Source: Gammaproteobacteria bacterium (GTDB taxonomy: Bacteria; Pseudomonadota; Gammaproteobacteria; CBDBNL01; JAAOII01). Taken from it: a stretch of DNA of 64,000 nt. Shown piece by piece: positions 42,701 to 49,996 of this stretch. Every line of letters starts with the position of its first letter. Position 1 is the first letter of the stretch. The notes below the pieces were generated by a model. It ran no database searches and had not been told where the DNA came from. It saw nothing but the letters and a program-made list of their open reading frames with translations. Made by a program: the position numbers and the translations under genes. The stretch spans positions 1,728,001-1,792,000 of the forward strand of contig OZ242372.1 of assembly GCA_965209035.1 (NCBI GenBank). Reading direction: 5' to 3'.

Positions 42701-42977
42701 CCATAGCAATAACAACGATGCCGGTGGTGTTGTTGGAAGGGGGAGTGGTGTTGTAACCAATTCCTATTACACTACCTACACTACCCGGAGTACTTTTTCT
42801 ACTTCTTCGCCCGGGCTCCGCACTCTGTCGCAGTTACAGGAAGGAACCGGAAATACTTATGTAGGCTGGAGCAGCCGGGATATTTGGTTCTTCGGCACTA
42901 ATTCCGAACTGCCGATCTTGGTTGGTCTGCCGCTTTGTCCTACGGGTGAGACGAACTGTCGCTTGACTACTCGTTAG
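36798..42977 (+). CDS. Giant (2059-aa) putative surface lipoprotein/adhesin: cadherin-like repeats + C-terminal GLUG region
   Basis: AGGAG RBS; lipobox LTAC (Cys codon 37071); cadherin-type motifs LNYE, DVNEAP, DFET, DTNTAP, DYES, NVNEP; GLUG region YAGLFG/AGGL(I/V)G..SY; W.FGT..LPIL C-terminus. Confidence 0.8.
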   Translation: MYHIHLIISNLIKNYINRVHSIGSSVVNAIANTIRSSTAIKENIKGNIKRNWGKEASAFARWRITQVLPGSLNLRAFGLVSVLCLTSFLTACAVSSGSDAPGSAAPDPDPRVSRSVFSHASYNFVGQGSSLSAGQVLGSVQVDMVTLLARLPEDLNASSIQIEYQLEGSELANAFFGVDSTGKVLFKDEDENSYGREFQLHYVVNVLNVSEFKVVARFSYTNATGELGEGEDEDAEYRVNVKIAAVEREPQITDFVRFDGKTDETVQNQTKTYGLSGTIPENSDPGTLVSGTGNLLTGLGISTVIPDDAEEQGYPGGFTPTIYYQLASAPGDTSCRGRYYVDNQDNRTRVRSEIDEDDALNYEAEGRNNTNTCALQASLNGVAYKNVVTGNLSAEDLENVEELVGAASFGVDASCTNNATAAKDLETCNYYAAVNIDLIDVNEAPELALTDNNNDEANNGITPEGDVGTAVALGGEVISAEGPANVTAADVALATVTYTDVDAADNPARLGMPKLSVSPLLPDADAANNLFYLKPGSGDGEATLMLNSTVLSAVDFETLNKSGYSGYRVTLEVADNRSADLTAEASFMLEVTDVIYKPVLFKYRSARVNTTSGIQNLLPGFAQFIDNGGPILGTVDAIDPESNSSDGIVYNPVTAIGLHLDASGSLGQPALIEGVVRQIAPNFVLSEGRLSLLGLGLRPLPDYASALPAVTLPGNLAYDFTITLNAYNPAAEQNATNGATLAISTKVSYDADSVLGFGGEPAVRFPSGLYAGAVPEGIPGTGNPAPLGVSVLDARQLASGTQTNLTLGAPNFYSLVQQADLLPLIGPLPPEIQQVLGGLFLSDNPSIDLSGTGNFDIDSSTGQVYLAANASLNFGLRPLHTLLVRTAANASVGLESSDYTVVLVTVLDTNTAPEIIDLVPVHADVTVNASDMSVSANIFESVPPGTVLARFTLTDDNPFFPPLTSNLNFRLNGEGAPSFIVHPTGAPVRDETTGTFGTPYQVVLAPPGVDYESTTDLRQTYNFTDDGQYVFDPSISFIPMPLMNASLRALTGRNVALEINAEIQNVNEPIELRVTDSSATPALSVESLSEVSVAEDEAEGTAVAYVHLIDPEGEVNATNVPTDDLMLPDALQGALRLRLVFEDSGPYYQLEVADAAILENAGDGRTFGLTVTVTENATGLVPDPVSVSFDLQITNENQNITGVILDRVSVSEQQALNLDGKNAEMRTLVAGLFNLTDIHPDYDETFPGTSIRLVDLSAAVRSINYTTDVADALEQEENFGLFELSVADDDAGTVSLLLKEGKLIDRALIGNSLTLNLEAFDPNGELAAGILSTVVDRLPVTVDPTDPDEIIFGDARNTDPRTPAVYTFEYTQSNYAEVVAGVTSCDGRDAVAANLTENIAIDGNCYPTIEIEASGEDRRYVVERDRSNQSYYEGSDDLAAVLRADETPGSFGVILTDADVNVSNLGVYQLNATGVLEDAADAFGKYFTLVANNSYAVNASGSDARPALVISQNVLAELNSSALPSGDEYLSLDTLDLNMENQMRTLSYFVVAGAEGTDGNNASRRAIAQINFEVNEPANARPRIIELNVTAAGLNEPAFSPVSAGTASRTYTVDLRNVDIAPPDRGCDSSSTPAEFASYTPICTEDNFTYVRENPSDNYVLTDNIVLTGDWTPIGDGDVPFTGNFHGNNFEISGLQVSEQEYAGLFGYINGSESDRVEISNLRIVAHSIVADNLGSAYAGVLAGRSDNSNINFVSVNLSHAEGMPDQLLLNASAIFTGTADAFAGGLIGSTANSNISQSYAYVAGNLIASSQGATSGEIDVRAGGLVGLLTGGSVDHSYVVVEGNILVEQIRTTGDDKIFGFVGGLIGQAAGGMVSTSYALVSGRVSARDVTGATDQRYVLSSGGLMGRLTDSGSGVINSYAIVEDGVYLSINDNARARGDAGGLVAVADVGTNIMNSYAFVPTISGAHSNNNDAGGVVGRGSGVVTNSYYTTYTTRSTFSTSSPGLRTLSQLQEGTGNTYVGWSSRDIWFFGTNSELPILVGLPLCPTGETNCRLTTR

Positions 42978-42989
42978 AAATATGTCGTT

Positions 42990-43048
42990 CCCTGTTTCTC
43001 GAGAACAATAACAATCAATCGTTTGTTGTTTTCCGAGAAACGGGGTTT
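42990..43048 (+). terminator. Long hairpin, probable terminator of the giant gene
   Basis: ccctgtttctcgagaacaataacaa ... ttgttgttttccgagaaacgggg followed by ttt. Confidence 0.6.
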
Positions 43049-43335
43049 GGCATAATAAATAAACGAATTCAAAGAAAGAAACTTTCTGATTCTGACTTGG
43101 TCCCTAGCCTGCGGACAGATAAAAGAACTTTACATATTCTTAAACTCGTCACAAGGGTATTCGTTATTAAAGATGAACTCTTTTTGTCGAATGAATTCTA
43201 ACCCGGATATTCACATGCCGGCAGTGCAATCAATACAACCCGGGCAAATATTGCGGGATGCTTTTTTACCGTTCGGGAGGATAGCCCCCGGAATCTCCCG
43301 GATTCTTACGATAGTTTCTTAAGATAGTCTCGGTC

Positions 43336-43989
43336 TTGCGAAGTTTTTCCGCCCACGAGGGGTTGGCTGTTCCATTAATGTTGCCTAATCTGGATACGGA
43401 TCGTGTCATCCCCAAACAGTTTCTTAAGTCCGTGCGGCGCAGTGGCTTTGGTGTTAATCTGTTTGACGAAATGCGTTATCACGACAGGGGCGTTTTGTAT
43501 CAAAAACCGGAAGAGCGGGTTCCGCGGGCGGAGTTTGTTTTGAACAAAAAGCGTTATGCCGGGGCAAGTATTCTGATTGCGGGTGCGAACTTTGGTTGCG
43601 GTTCCAGTCGCGAACATGCGGTATGGGCGTTGGACGATTTCGGCATCCGGGTCATTATTGCCCCGAGTTTTGCGGATATCTTTATCGGTAATTGCGGTAA
43701 AAACGGCTTGTTATGTATTGCGATGGATGCTTCGGTTGTCAACCGATTTGCCGATGCCTGCGAGAAGGATGGCGGGCTGCGTTTGGATGTTGATCTGGCT
43801 GCCCAAAAAATCCGCACCAATACCGGCGAAATCTTTGCGTTTGATACGGATCCTCTCTATAAGAAGACTCTCCTTAACGGACTGGACGACATCGGGTTGA
43901 GTCTGCAAGAGTCCGCGGCTATTCGCACATACGAAGGCAAACTGCTGCAAGAGTATCCTTGGTTGAAGTTGGATTCCGGCAGTCGTTGA
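43336..43989 (+). CDS. leuD: 3-isopropylmalate dehydratase small subunit
   Basis: TTG start; DTD..IPKQFLK, NFGCGSSREHA.WAL, LLNGLDDIGL. Confidence 0.96.
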   Translation: MRSFSAHEGLAVPLMLPNLDTDRVIPKQFLKSVRRSGFGVNLFDEMRYHDRGVLYQKPEERVPRAEFVLNKKRYAGASILIAGANFGCGSSREHAVWALDDFGIRVIIAPSFADIFIGNCGKNGLLCIAMDASVVNRFADACEKDGGLRLDVDLAAQKIRTNTGEIFAFDTDPLYKKTLLNGLDDIGLSLQESAAIRTYEGKLLQEYPWLKLDSGSR

Positions 43990-44095
43990 TGTCGGTTTGG
44001 GGACCGGTTGAGATCTCACCGGCCAATTAAATAAATAATCCGGGTAATCGTCACTTTTTTATCAATGCCACATAAATATTTTATAAGCATCTCAT

Positions 44096-45214
44096 ATGTC
44101 CGATAACATACCTTCTTTCAAAATTCTTGTTCTGCCCGGCGACGGCATAGGTCCGGAGGTCATCGCGCCGGCATTGCGTATTCTCAAACTCACCGCCCGC
44201 AAGTTTAATCTGCAACTCACCTGCACGGAAGGGCGGGTGGGTGGCAGTGCCCTGGATGCGACAAACACCCCATTGCCGAAAGAAACACTTAACCGGGCTT
44301 TGGCGTCGGATGCGATCCTGATGGGGGCAGTCGGCGGTCCCAAGTGGGATACCCTGCTGCCGGCGGAACGCCCCGAAGCGGCCCTGTTGCAACTGCGCGG
44401 CAGGTTGCAATTGTTTGCGAACTTGCGTCCGTTGGTTCTGCAATCGGCATTGACGGACGCGTCTCCCTTAAAGAACGAGGTGGTGGCGGGGACAGACATT
44501 CTTTTGGTGCGCGAGCTCACCGGCGGTCTTTATTTTGGTGAACCGCGCGGCTTGAAGAAACTGCAAAACGGAGACGAAGAGGCGTGGAATACGATGCGTT
44601 ACAACACCTCCGAGATCAAGCGCCTTGTCCGCAAGGCATGCGAGTATGCCGGTATGAGGAAGAGAAAACTTTGTTTGGCGGACAAGGCGAATGTGCTGGA
44701 GGCATCGCAACTTTGGCGACGGGTAACCGAAGAGGTTGTGGCGGACTATAACAAAACACATCCCGCCATTGAGTTAACGAAAATGTATGCGGATAATGCG
44801 GCCATGCAACTTGTCGCCAATCCGCGTCAATTTGATGTGCTGGTGACGGAGAACTTATTTGGTGATATTCTCTCGGATATCGGCGCCCAATTAACGGGTT
44901 CCATTGGCCTGCTTCCTTCGGCATCTTTGGGCGAAGGCAACAGGGGCCTTTATGAACCGGTTCACGGCAGTGCGCCGGATATTGCCGGTGAGGACATTGC
45001 AAACCCGTGTGCGGCTGTTTTGTGTGTGGCGATGCTATTGCGGCATTCGTTGCATTGTCCCCGGGGCGCGGATTTGATTGAGCGGGCTGTGGAAGACTGT
45101 TTGAAAGAGGGTATGCGCACCGCCGATTTGGCACCCGCCGGAACACAGGCGACGGGCTGTGTCGAAGCCGGCATGCGGATAGAAACCCGCTTGAAGAGCA
45201 TTGCGGGTGCTTGA
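44096..45214 (+). CDS. leuB: 3-isopropylmalate dehydrogenase
   Basis: LPGDGIGPEV, GAVGGPKWD, RELTGGLYFG, NLFGDILSD, EPVHGSAPDIAG. Confidence 0.97.
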   Translation: MSDNIPSFKILVLPGDGIGPEVIAPALRILKLTARKFNLQLTCTEGRVGGSALDATNTPLPKETLNRALASDAILMGAVGGPKWDTLLPAERPEAALLQLRGRLQLFANLRPLVLQSALTDASPLKNEVVAGTDILLVRELTGGLYFGEPRGLKKLQNGDEEAWNTMRYNTSEIKRLVRKACEYAGMRKRKLCLADKANVLEASQLWRRVTEEVVADYNKTHPAIELTKMYADNAAMQLVANPRQFDVLVTENLFGDILSDIGAQLTGSIGLLPSASLGEGNRGLYEPVHGSAPDIAGEDIANPCAAVLCVAMLLRHSLHCPRGADLIERAVEDCLKEGMRTADLAPAGTQATGCVEAGMRIETRLKSIAGA

Positions 45215-45347
45215 CAGGGCTGGTTCGGGGCAAGTTGGAAGTTTGGGAGTTTGGAATCTTCGTTCAATCTTTGCCGATCAAACTTGGCGGATTAAACTCG
45301 GTATAATATCCTAGTAGGTTAATTCATAAAAGAATAAAAAATCAACG

Positions 45348-46373
45348 ATGAAATACGATGTTGCGATTGTCGGAGCGACTGGTGCGGTTGGAGAAATCAT
45401 CTCACAGATTCTGCATGAGCGCAAGTTTCCGGTCGGCAAGATGTATGCGCTGGCGAGCAAGAGATCCTTGGGGCGCACCCTGACTTTTGGCAGAAACTCC
45501 GTGGCGGTGATGAACTTGGAAGAGTTTGATTTTTCCCTGTGCCGGCTGGCATTTTTTTCGGCGGGTTCTTCGGTTTCGGAACGCTATGTGCCGATTGCCG
45601 CCGAAGCGGGCTGTCTGGTCATTGACAATACTTCCTTTTTTCGGTATAAAAATGATGTCCCTTTAATTGTGCGCGAGGTTAATCCGCACAAAATGCATGC
45701 CGGCAGCGGCAGAATTATTGCCAACCCGAATTGTTCCACAATGCAATTGTTGGTGGCGATCAAGCCGATTGCGGATGCGGTCGGCATAGAAAGAATGAAT
45801 GTTGCCACCTACCAAGCGGTTTCCGGTATGGGCAAACTTGCGTTGAACAAACTTTCGGAACAAACCCTGAATATGATTAAGATGCAAGAGATTGCGGAGA
45901 GCGACTATGCTCCGTTTACCAAGCAGATGGCATTTAATGTGATTCCGCATATAGACAAGTTTGAGGACAACGGCTATACGCGCGAAGAAATGAAGATCCT
46001 TTGGGAGACCCGCAAGATCCTTGATAACGATGAAATAAGAGTCAACGCGACCTGTGTGCGAGTGCCGGTATTTTACGGCCACAGTTTGGCGGTGAACTTG
46101 GAACTTAAGCGACATATTAGCGTGCAAGATGCTCGTCATCTTTTGGCTGACCATGATGCAATTCGGGTAATGGATACGCGCAAAGACGGCGGTTATCCCA
46201 CCCCCATCGGTGAGGGCAGCGGCAAGGACCCCGTTTATGTCGGCAGAATACGCGAGGACATTTCGCATCCGCGCGGTCTGAATCTTTGGATTGTTGCGGA
46301 CAATCTGCGTAAAGGAGCAGCGTTGAATTCCGTGCAGCTGGCGGAGTTGGCGCTAGAAAAAGGATGTCTGTAA
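45348..46373 (+). CDS. asd: Aspartate-semialdehyde dehydrogenase
   Basis: GATGAVG, IANPNCST, TYQAVSG, CVRVPVFYGH, DNLRKGAALN. Confidence 0.95.
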   Translation: MKYDVAIVGATGAVGEIISQILHERKFPVGKMYALASKRSLGRTLTFGRNSVAVMNLEEFDFSLCRLAFFSAGSSVSERYVPIAAEAGCLVIDNTSFFRYKNDVPLIVREVNPHKMHAGSGRIIANPNCSTMQLLVAIKPIADAVGIERMNVATYQAVSGMGKLALNKLSEQTLNMIKMQEIAESDYAPFTKQMAFNVIPHIDKFEDNGYTREEMKILWETRKILDNDEIRVNATCVRVPVFYGHSLAVNLELKRHISVQDARHLLADHDAIRVMDTRKDGGYPTPIGEGSGKDPVYVGRIREDISHPRGLNLWIVADNLRKGAALNSVQLAELALEKGCL

Positions 46374-47890
46374 GAAGCAAGTTCATACTGCCGGCGGGTA
46401 TTTTGTTGTTGCTCGTTCCAATCCTTTACGCGCAGCCGCAGGTTTCCGAGTTACGCATTACCGGGCGCGGCGATGCAGTGCGCGCGCTCACCGATTTGAC
46501 AGACACCAAATCCTTGTCGCATAAAAAAATTGAAGTCGCAATCGCCGGACCGGAAGCTTATCGGGAAAGACAATTGCAATATGGTAACCTGATTGAGGAT
46601 CTCAGGGTTGAATATAGGCGCGTGAATTCCAAAAAAGGAGAGATTACCATATTTTTCCCCTATGAGCCGGTAGATGATACGGACCTCTTGTTGCGGATTA
46701 AGTTACCCGATACAGTTCTTTTGTATCATTGGCCGATTAACATGGCAACAATCCGGAGCCTGAACGCCGGCAATGACGGAGCTGTAGTGCGGATTCGGGC
46801 TGCCGAAGCGAGCGGCGGGGCAGGCACAGACGGCGGGAGGGAGGGAGAGACAACTGCCGACGACCCGGACGGGCTCAGAGTGGATACTGTCCGCGGAGAT
46901 ACTTGGCACAATTTGGCAAACACAGTGCGACAGGCCTACTTGCGCCGGGAGAATGTGAATACCGAACAGGTGATGTTGGCATTGCGTGTCAAGAATCCCG
47001 ATGCCTTTGTGAACGATGCGATTTTAAGGGTGGGGGTCTCCTTGGCTCTTCCGGCTTACTATGAAATTCGTGCCCGTAACGGTGAGGATGCCAGACAGGC
47101 GGTGCGTCGCCTGTTGGCAAGACGGACGGCATCACGGCCGCGCTTGGAATTGGCATCGCCGAAAGATAAAAGTCCGGGCGGTGTTGCCGCATCCTCCGAA
47201 GAAGAAAAAGACGCTTCCAAAAGAGAAGTAGCGGAAACCGCGCAAAGATTGGATGCGGTCAACGAACAATTGGAGCAGGTAGAAAAACTGATTGTTCTTA
47301 AAGAGAAGAAACTGGAAGAGATTGAACGGGTCGCGACCGAAGAAAACGCGGAAGACCCGGAAGACCCGAATGCTTTCACATGGGCGGAGGAATCAAAACG
47401 GATATTGGAACTTTTACTCGCCCGGGCGGAACAATTAAGAACTTTAATTCTTGCCAATCCGTTATTCTGGATTCTTGTTTTCTTGGGGCTGGCGGCTTGT
47501 CCGGTTTTCTTATTTTACTTTTGGCGTTGGTTGTGGCGGCACCATCGGTCGCCGCACGGCCGCGCAGCCATCATGAGAAACTTGCGACGCAGCGGCGATG
47601 CGAGCGAGGACAGAACATTATTTGATGCGCGACCGACCGCTTCTTCGGACGAACCGGCCGAAGAACACATCCGGTCGGTGCGGCAAGATCGCAAAAGTTC
47701 GGCACAACCCGCGGAGCGAATACAAGACGATCTGGTCAATGCCAACTTGGACTTGGCGAGGGCTTACATTAATATGGGCGAAAGTAAAAAAGCACGCGCC
47801 CTGTTAGAAAATGTTGCGGCCGATGGAACCGCTGCGGAAAAGTCGCGGGCGGAAGATCTTCTAAAAACGATTAAAAGCGAATCACACTGA
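46364..47890 (+). CDS. fimV: FimV/HubP-family polar landmark protein (compact)
   Basis: Follows asd; LysM-like VRGDTW..LA...NPDAF, coiled coil, TM segment, C-terminal LDLARAYINMG...AR.LL motif. Confidence 0.8.
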   Translation: MSVRSKFILPAGILLLLVPILYAQPQVSELRITGRGDAVRALTDLTDTKSLSHKKIEVAIAGPEAYRERQLQYGNLIEDLRVEYRRVNSKKGEITIFFPYEPVDDTDLLLRIKLPDTVLLYHWPINMATIRSLNAGNDGAVVRIRAAEASGGAGTDGGREGETTADDPDGLRVDTVRGDTWHNLANTVRQAYLRRENVNTEQVMLALRVKNPDAFVNDAILRVGVSLALPAYYEIRARNGEDARQAVRRLLARRTASRPRLELASPKDKSPGGVAASSEEEKDASKREVAETAQRLDAVNEQLEQVEKLIVLKEKKLEEIERVATEENAEDPEDPNAFTWAEESKRILELLLARAEQLRTLILANPLFWILVFLGLAACPVFLFYFWRWLWRHHRSPHGRAAIMRNLRRSGDASEDRTLFDARPTASSDEPAEEHIRSVRQDRKSSAQPAERIQDDLVNANLDLARAYINMGESKKARALLENVAADGTAAEKSRAEDLLKTIKSESH

Positions 47891-47912
47891 AAATATAAAA
47901 TCTCTTGCGATC

Positions 47913-47942
47913 ATGGCATAAGAGCGGATCCTCTTTTGCCAT
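47913..47942 (+). terminator. Hairpin after fimV
   Basis: atggcataagag-cggatc-ctcttttgccat inverted repeat; a second hairpin at ~47961-47992. Confidence 0.4.
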
Positions 47943-48176
47943 ATCGTGCTCACCTTGTTTTACCGCGTTTGTCCGGGACAAATGTTGCGGTAAAAGTGTT
48001 CAATCCGTATCTGCCACCCCGTCTATATCCCGCCCATCTGTCAGATCCCGCCCGCCCGCCAATCATTCCAAAGGCCTTTTTGTTGGTATTATTTTTGCGG
48101 CTCATTTCCTGCCCAATTCTTGCATAGAGAACCTCATCCCTTCCAATAAGATTAAAGAATTGCTATTTCAAAATAT

Positions 48177-48221
48177 TGGGGTTTTTTGGTAAAAAAAGAA
48201 AAAAAATGGTATAATTTGGGT
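48177..48221 (+). promoter_or_regulatory. dcw promoter: extended -10 (TGgTATAAT) with 10-bp-phased TGG repeats, likely MraZ sites
   Basis: TGG at 48177, 48187, 48207 and 48217; TATAAT at 48210-48215. Confidence 0.6.
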
Positions 48222-48260
48222 TAATGATGTTAATAACTTATTTTCTGTGATACCCGCGTA

Positions 48261-48728
48261 ATGGTCAGTTTTTTTGGTCGGTTTCGAGTGAGTATGGATG
48301 CCCAGCACCGATTGATGATCCCGGTTCGCTTGCGCGAAGGCTTGGTCGGCGAGAATTCCGGCTTTTATGTTTCTCCCGGCTTGGAAGAACGCAGTCGGTA
48401 TCTGATCGCCTACAGTCAATCTTTCTGGGTGCGCATCACGACTCAATTTAAGGAATTTCGTAATCTGAAAGACGGCATATCCGCCGAACGCACACTAAAA
48501 AAACACTTTTTTGGCAGAACACATTCGTTGGATATGGATGCCAATGGTCGCATTCTCTTGACAAAAGACCTGTGTGATTATGCGAATCTGAAGAGCAAGG
48601 TCCTGCTGGTTGGCATGCAAGACTTTGTTGAGATTTGGGCGGAAGAGAGCTGGCAGGACACAAGCAAAGCGGATGAAGTTCACAAGGTGGTGGAAAATGG
48701 GGCCAAGCAAGGAATTTGGCTGTATTGA
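48261..48728 (+). CDS. mraZ: Division/cell-wall cluster transcriptional repressor MraZ
   Basis: F.G.F..SMDAQHRLMIP, MDANGRILL, LVG..DFVEIW; heads the dcw cluster. Confidence 0.9.
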   Translation: MVSFFGRFRVSMDAQHRLMIPVRLREGLVGENSGFYVSPGLEERSRYLIAYSQSFWVRITTQFKEFRNLKDGISAERTLKKHFFGRTHSLDMDANGRILLTKDLCDYANLKSKVLLVGMQDFVEIWAEESWQDTSKADEVHKVVENGAKQGIWLY

Positions 48729-48830
48729 GCGGGTATTACGGGGCGGTGATCCGAGAAGGACAATTCATAGCAACAGGGGCCAATCAAGACAATCAAGGCG
48801 TCACAATCACAAACACGAATGCTTACCGGG

Positions 48831-49739
48831 ATGACCGAAGAACAAACGCATGCCATTCATAAACCGATTATGGTTACGGAATCTATGAACGCGCTCTTGA
48901 CAGCCGAAGACGGATGTTACTTGGACGCCACATTTGGCGACGGCGGCCATACGCTTGCAATGCTGCGCGGGATGGGAGAAGCCGCCCGGGTGTTTGCCTC
49001 GGACAGAGATGCCGCGGCGGTGGCAAGAGGGAAATCGCTCTATGCGGCCGAGAAACGCCTTGAGATCAGACACCTGCGTTTTTCACAACTGGCGGAAGAA
49101 CCCGCATATCGGCACGGACAAATGACAGGAATGATGATGGATCTGGGTGTTTCTTCGCGACAACTGGAAACACCGGAAAGAGGATTCAGCATTCGGCGCG
49201 CAGGTCCCATTGATATGCGGATGGATCAAAGTTCCGGCAAGCCTGTCGGCGAGCTGCTTGCCCGAATGAACGCGAGAGAATTGAGTGGGATTTTGGCGGA
49301 ATACGGCGAGGAGCCGCGTGCCGGACGGATTGCGGATGCCGTTCTTGCCCGGGCCGGAGCACGGGCGGCGGTGCGGACCGGAGGCCTGCGGACAACCCGT
49401 GATCTGGCAAGAGTTGTGGAATCTGTTATGCCATCCTATCGGCGGCAACACAAAATTCATCCGGCGACGCGTGTGTTTGCCGCCTTGCGTATTTTTGTTA
49501 ATCAAGAGTTGGAAGAATTAAAGAAAGGGTTGGCGGCGGCGGCGCGCTTGCTGGCGCCGGGTGGTGTCTTGGCTGTCATAGGATTTCATTCTTTGGAACA
49601 CCGCATCATCAAAGATTTTTTGCGAGGTCATGCCGAAATGGTATCGCTGGGCAAGCAGAAGCCGAGTCGCGCCGAGGTAGACGCGAATCCCCGTGCCCGA
49701 GGCGCTATCCTGCGTTTAATCGGAAAGAGAGAGCAATGA
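48831..49739 (+). CDS. rsmH: 16S rRNA m4C1402 methyltransferase
   Basis: H.PIM, DATFG.GGH, DLGVSS.QL, DMRMD, HPATR.F.ALRI, FHSLE. Alternative ATG at 48819. Confidence 0.95.
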   Translation: MTEEQTHAIHKPIMVTESMNALLTAEDGCYLDATFGDGGHTLAMLRGMGEAARVFASDRDAAAVARGKSLYAAEKRLEIRHLRFSQLAEEPAYRHGQMTGMMMDLGVSSRQLETPERGFSIRRAGPIDMRMDQSSGKPVGELLARMNARELSGILAEYGEEPRAGRIADAVLARAGARAAVRTGGLRTTRDLARVVESVMPSYRRQHKIHPATRVFAALRIFVNQELEELKKGLAAAARLLAPGGVLAVIGFHSLEHRIIKDFLRGHAEMVSLGKQKPSRAEVDANPRARGAILRLIGKREQ

Positions 49740-49996
49740 GAATCCTTTCCAATTATTTTTTCCCGTTGCTGTTTGTCACACTATTAAGTTTCTTTGGAAA
49801 GATATGGTATGTTCAGAGTTTTCGCGCAACAGTGACAGAGTTTTATGTGCTGGACGCCCGGCTGGAGACCTTGCATATGGAAAACACGCAACTGATCTTG
49901 GATAAAAGTTTGTTGTTAAGAACCGACAGGTTGGCGGACTACGGAAGGAAGAAACTGAAGTTAGTCCGTGCGGTAAGGTTGAAAAACATTAAATGA
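49736..49996 (+). CDS. ftsL: Cell division protein FtsL-like
   Basis: Small bitopic protein with a leucine-zipper-like region between rsmH and ftsI. Confidence 0.7.
   Translation: MRILSNYFFPLLFVTLLSFFGKIWYVQSFRATVTEFYVLDARLETLHMENTQLILDKSLLLRTDRLADYGRKKLKLVRAVRLKNIK

Noticed and set aside
47905-48192. Short ORFs between fimV and mraZ
   Set aside because: No motif or RBS support; the region consists of hairpins, short repeats and the mraZ promoter.
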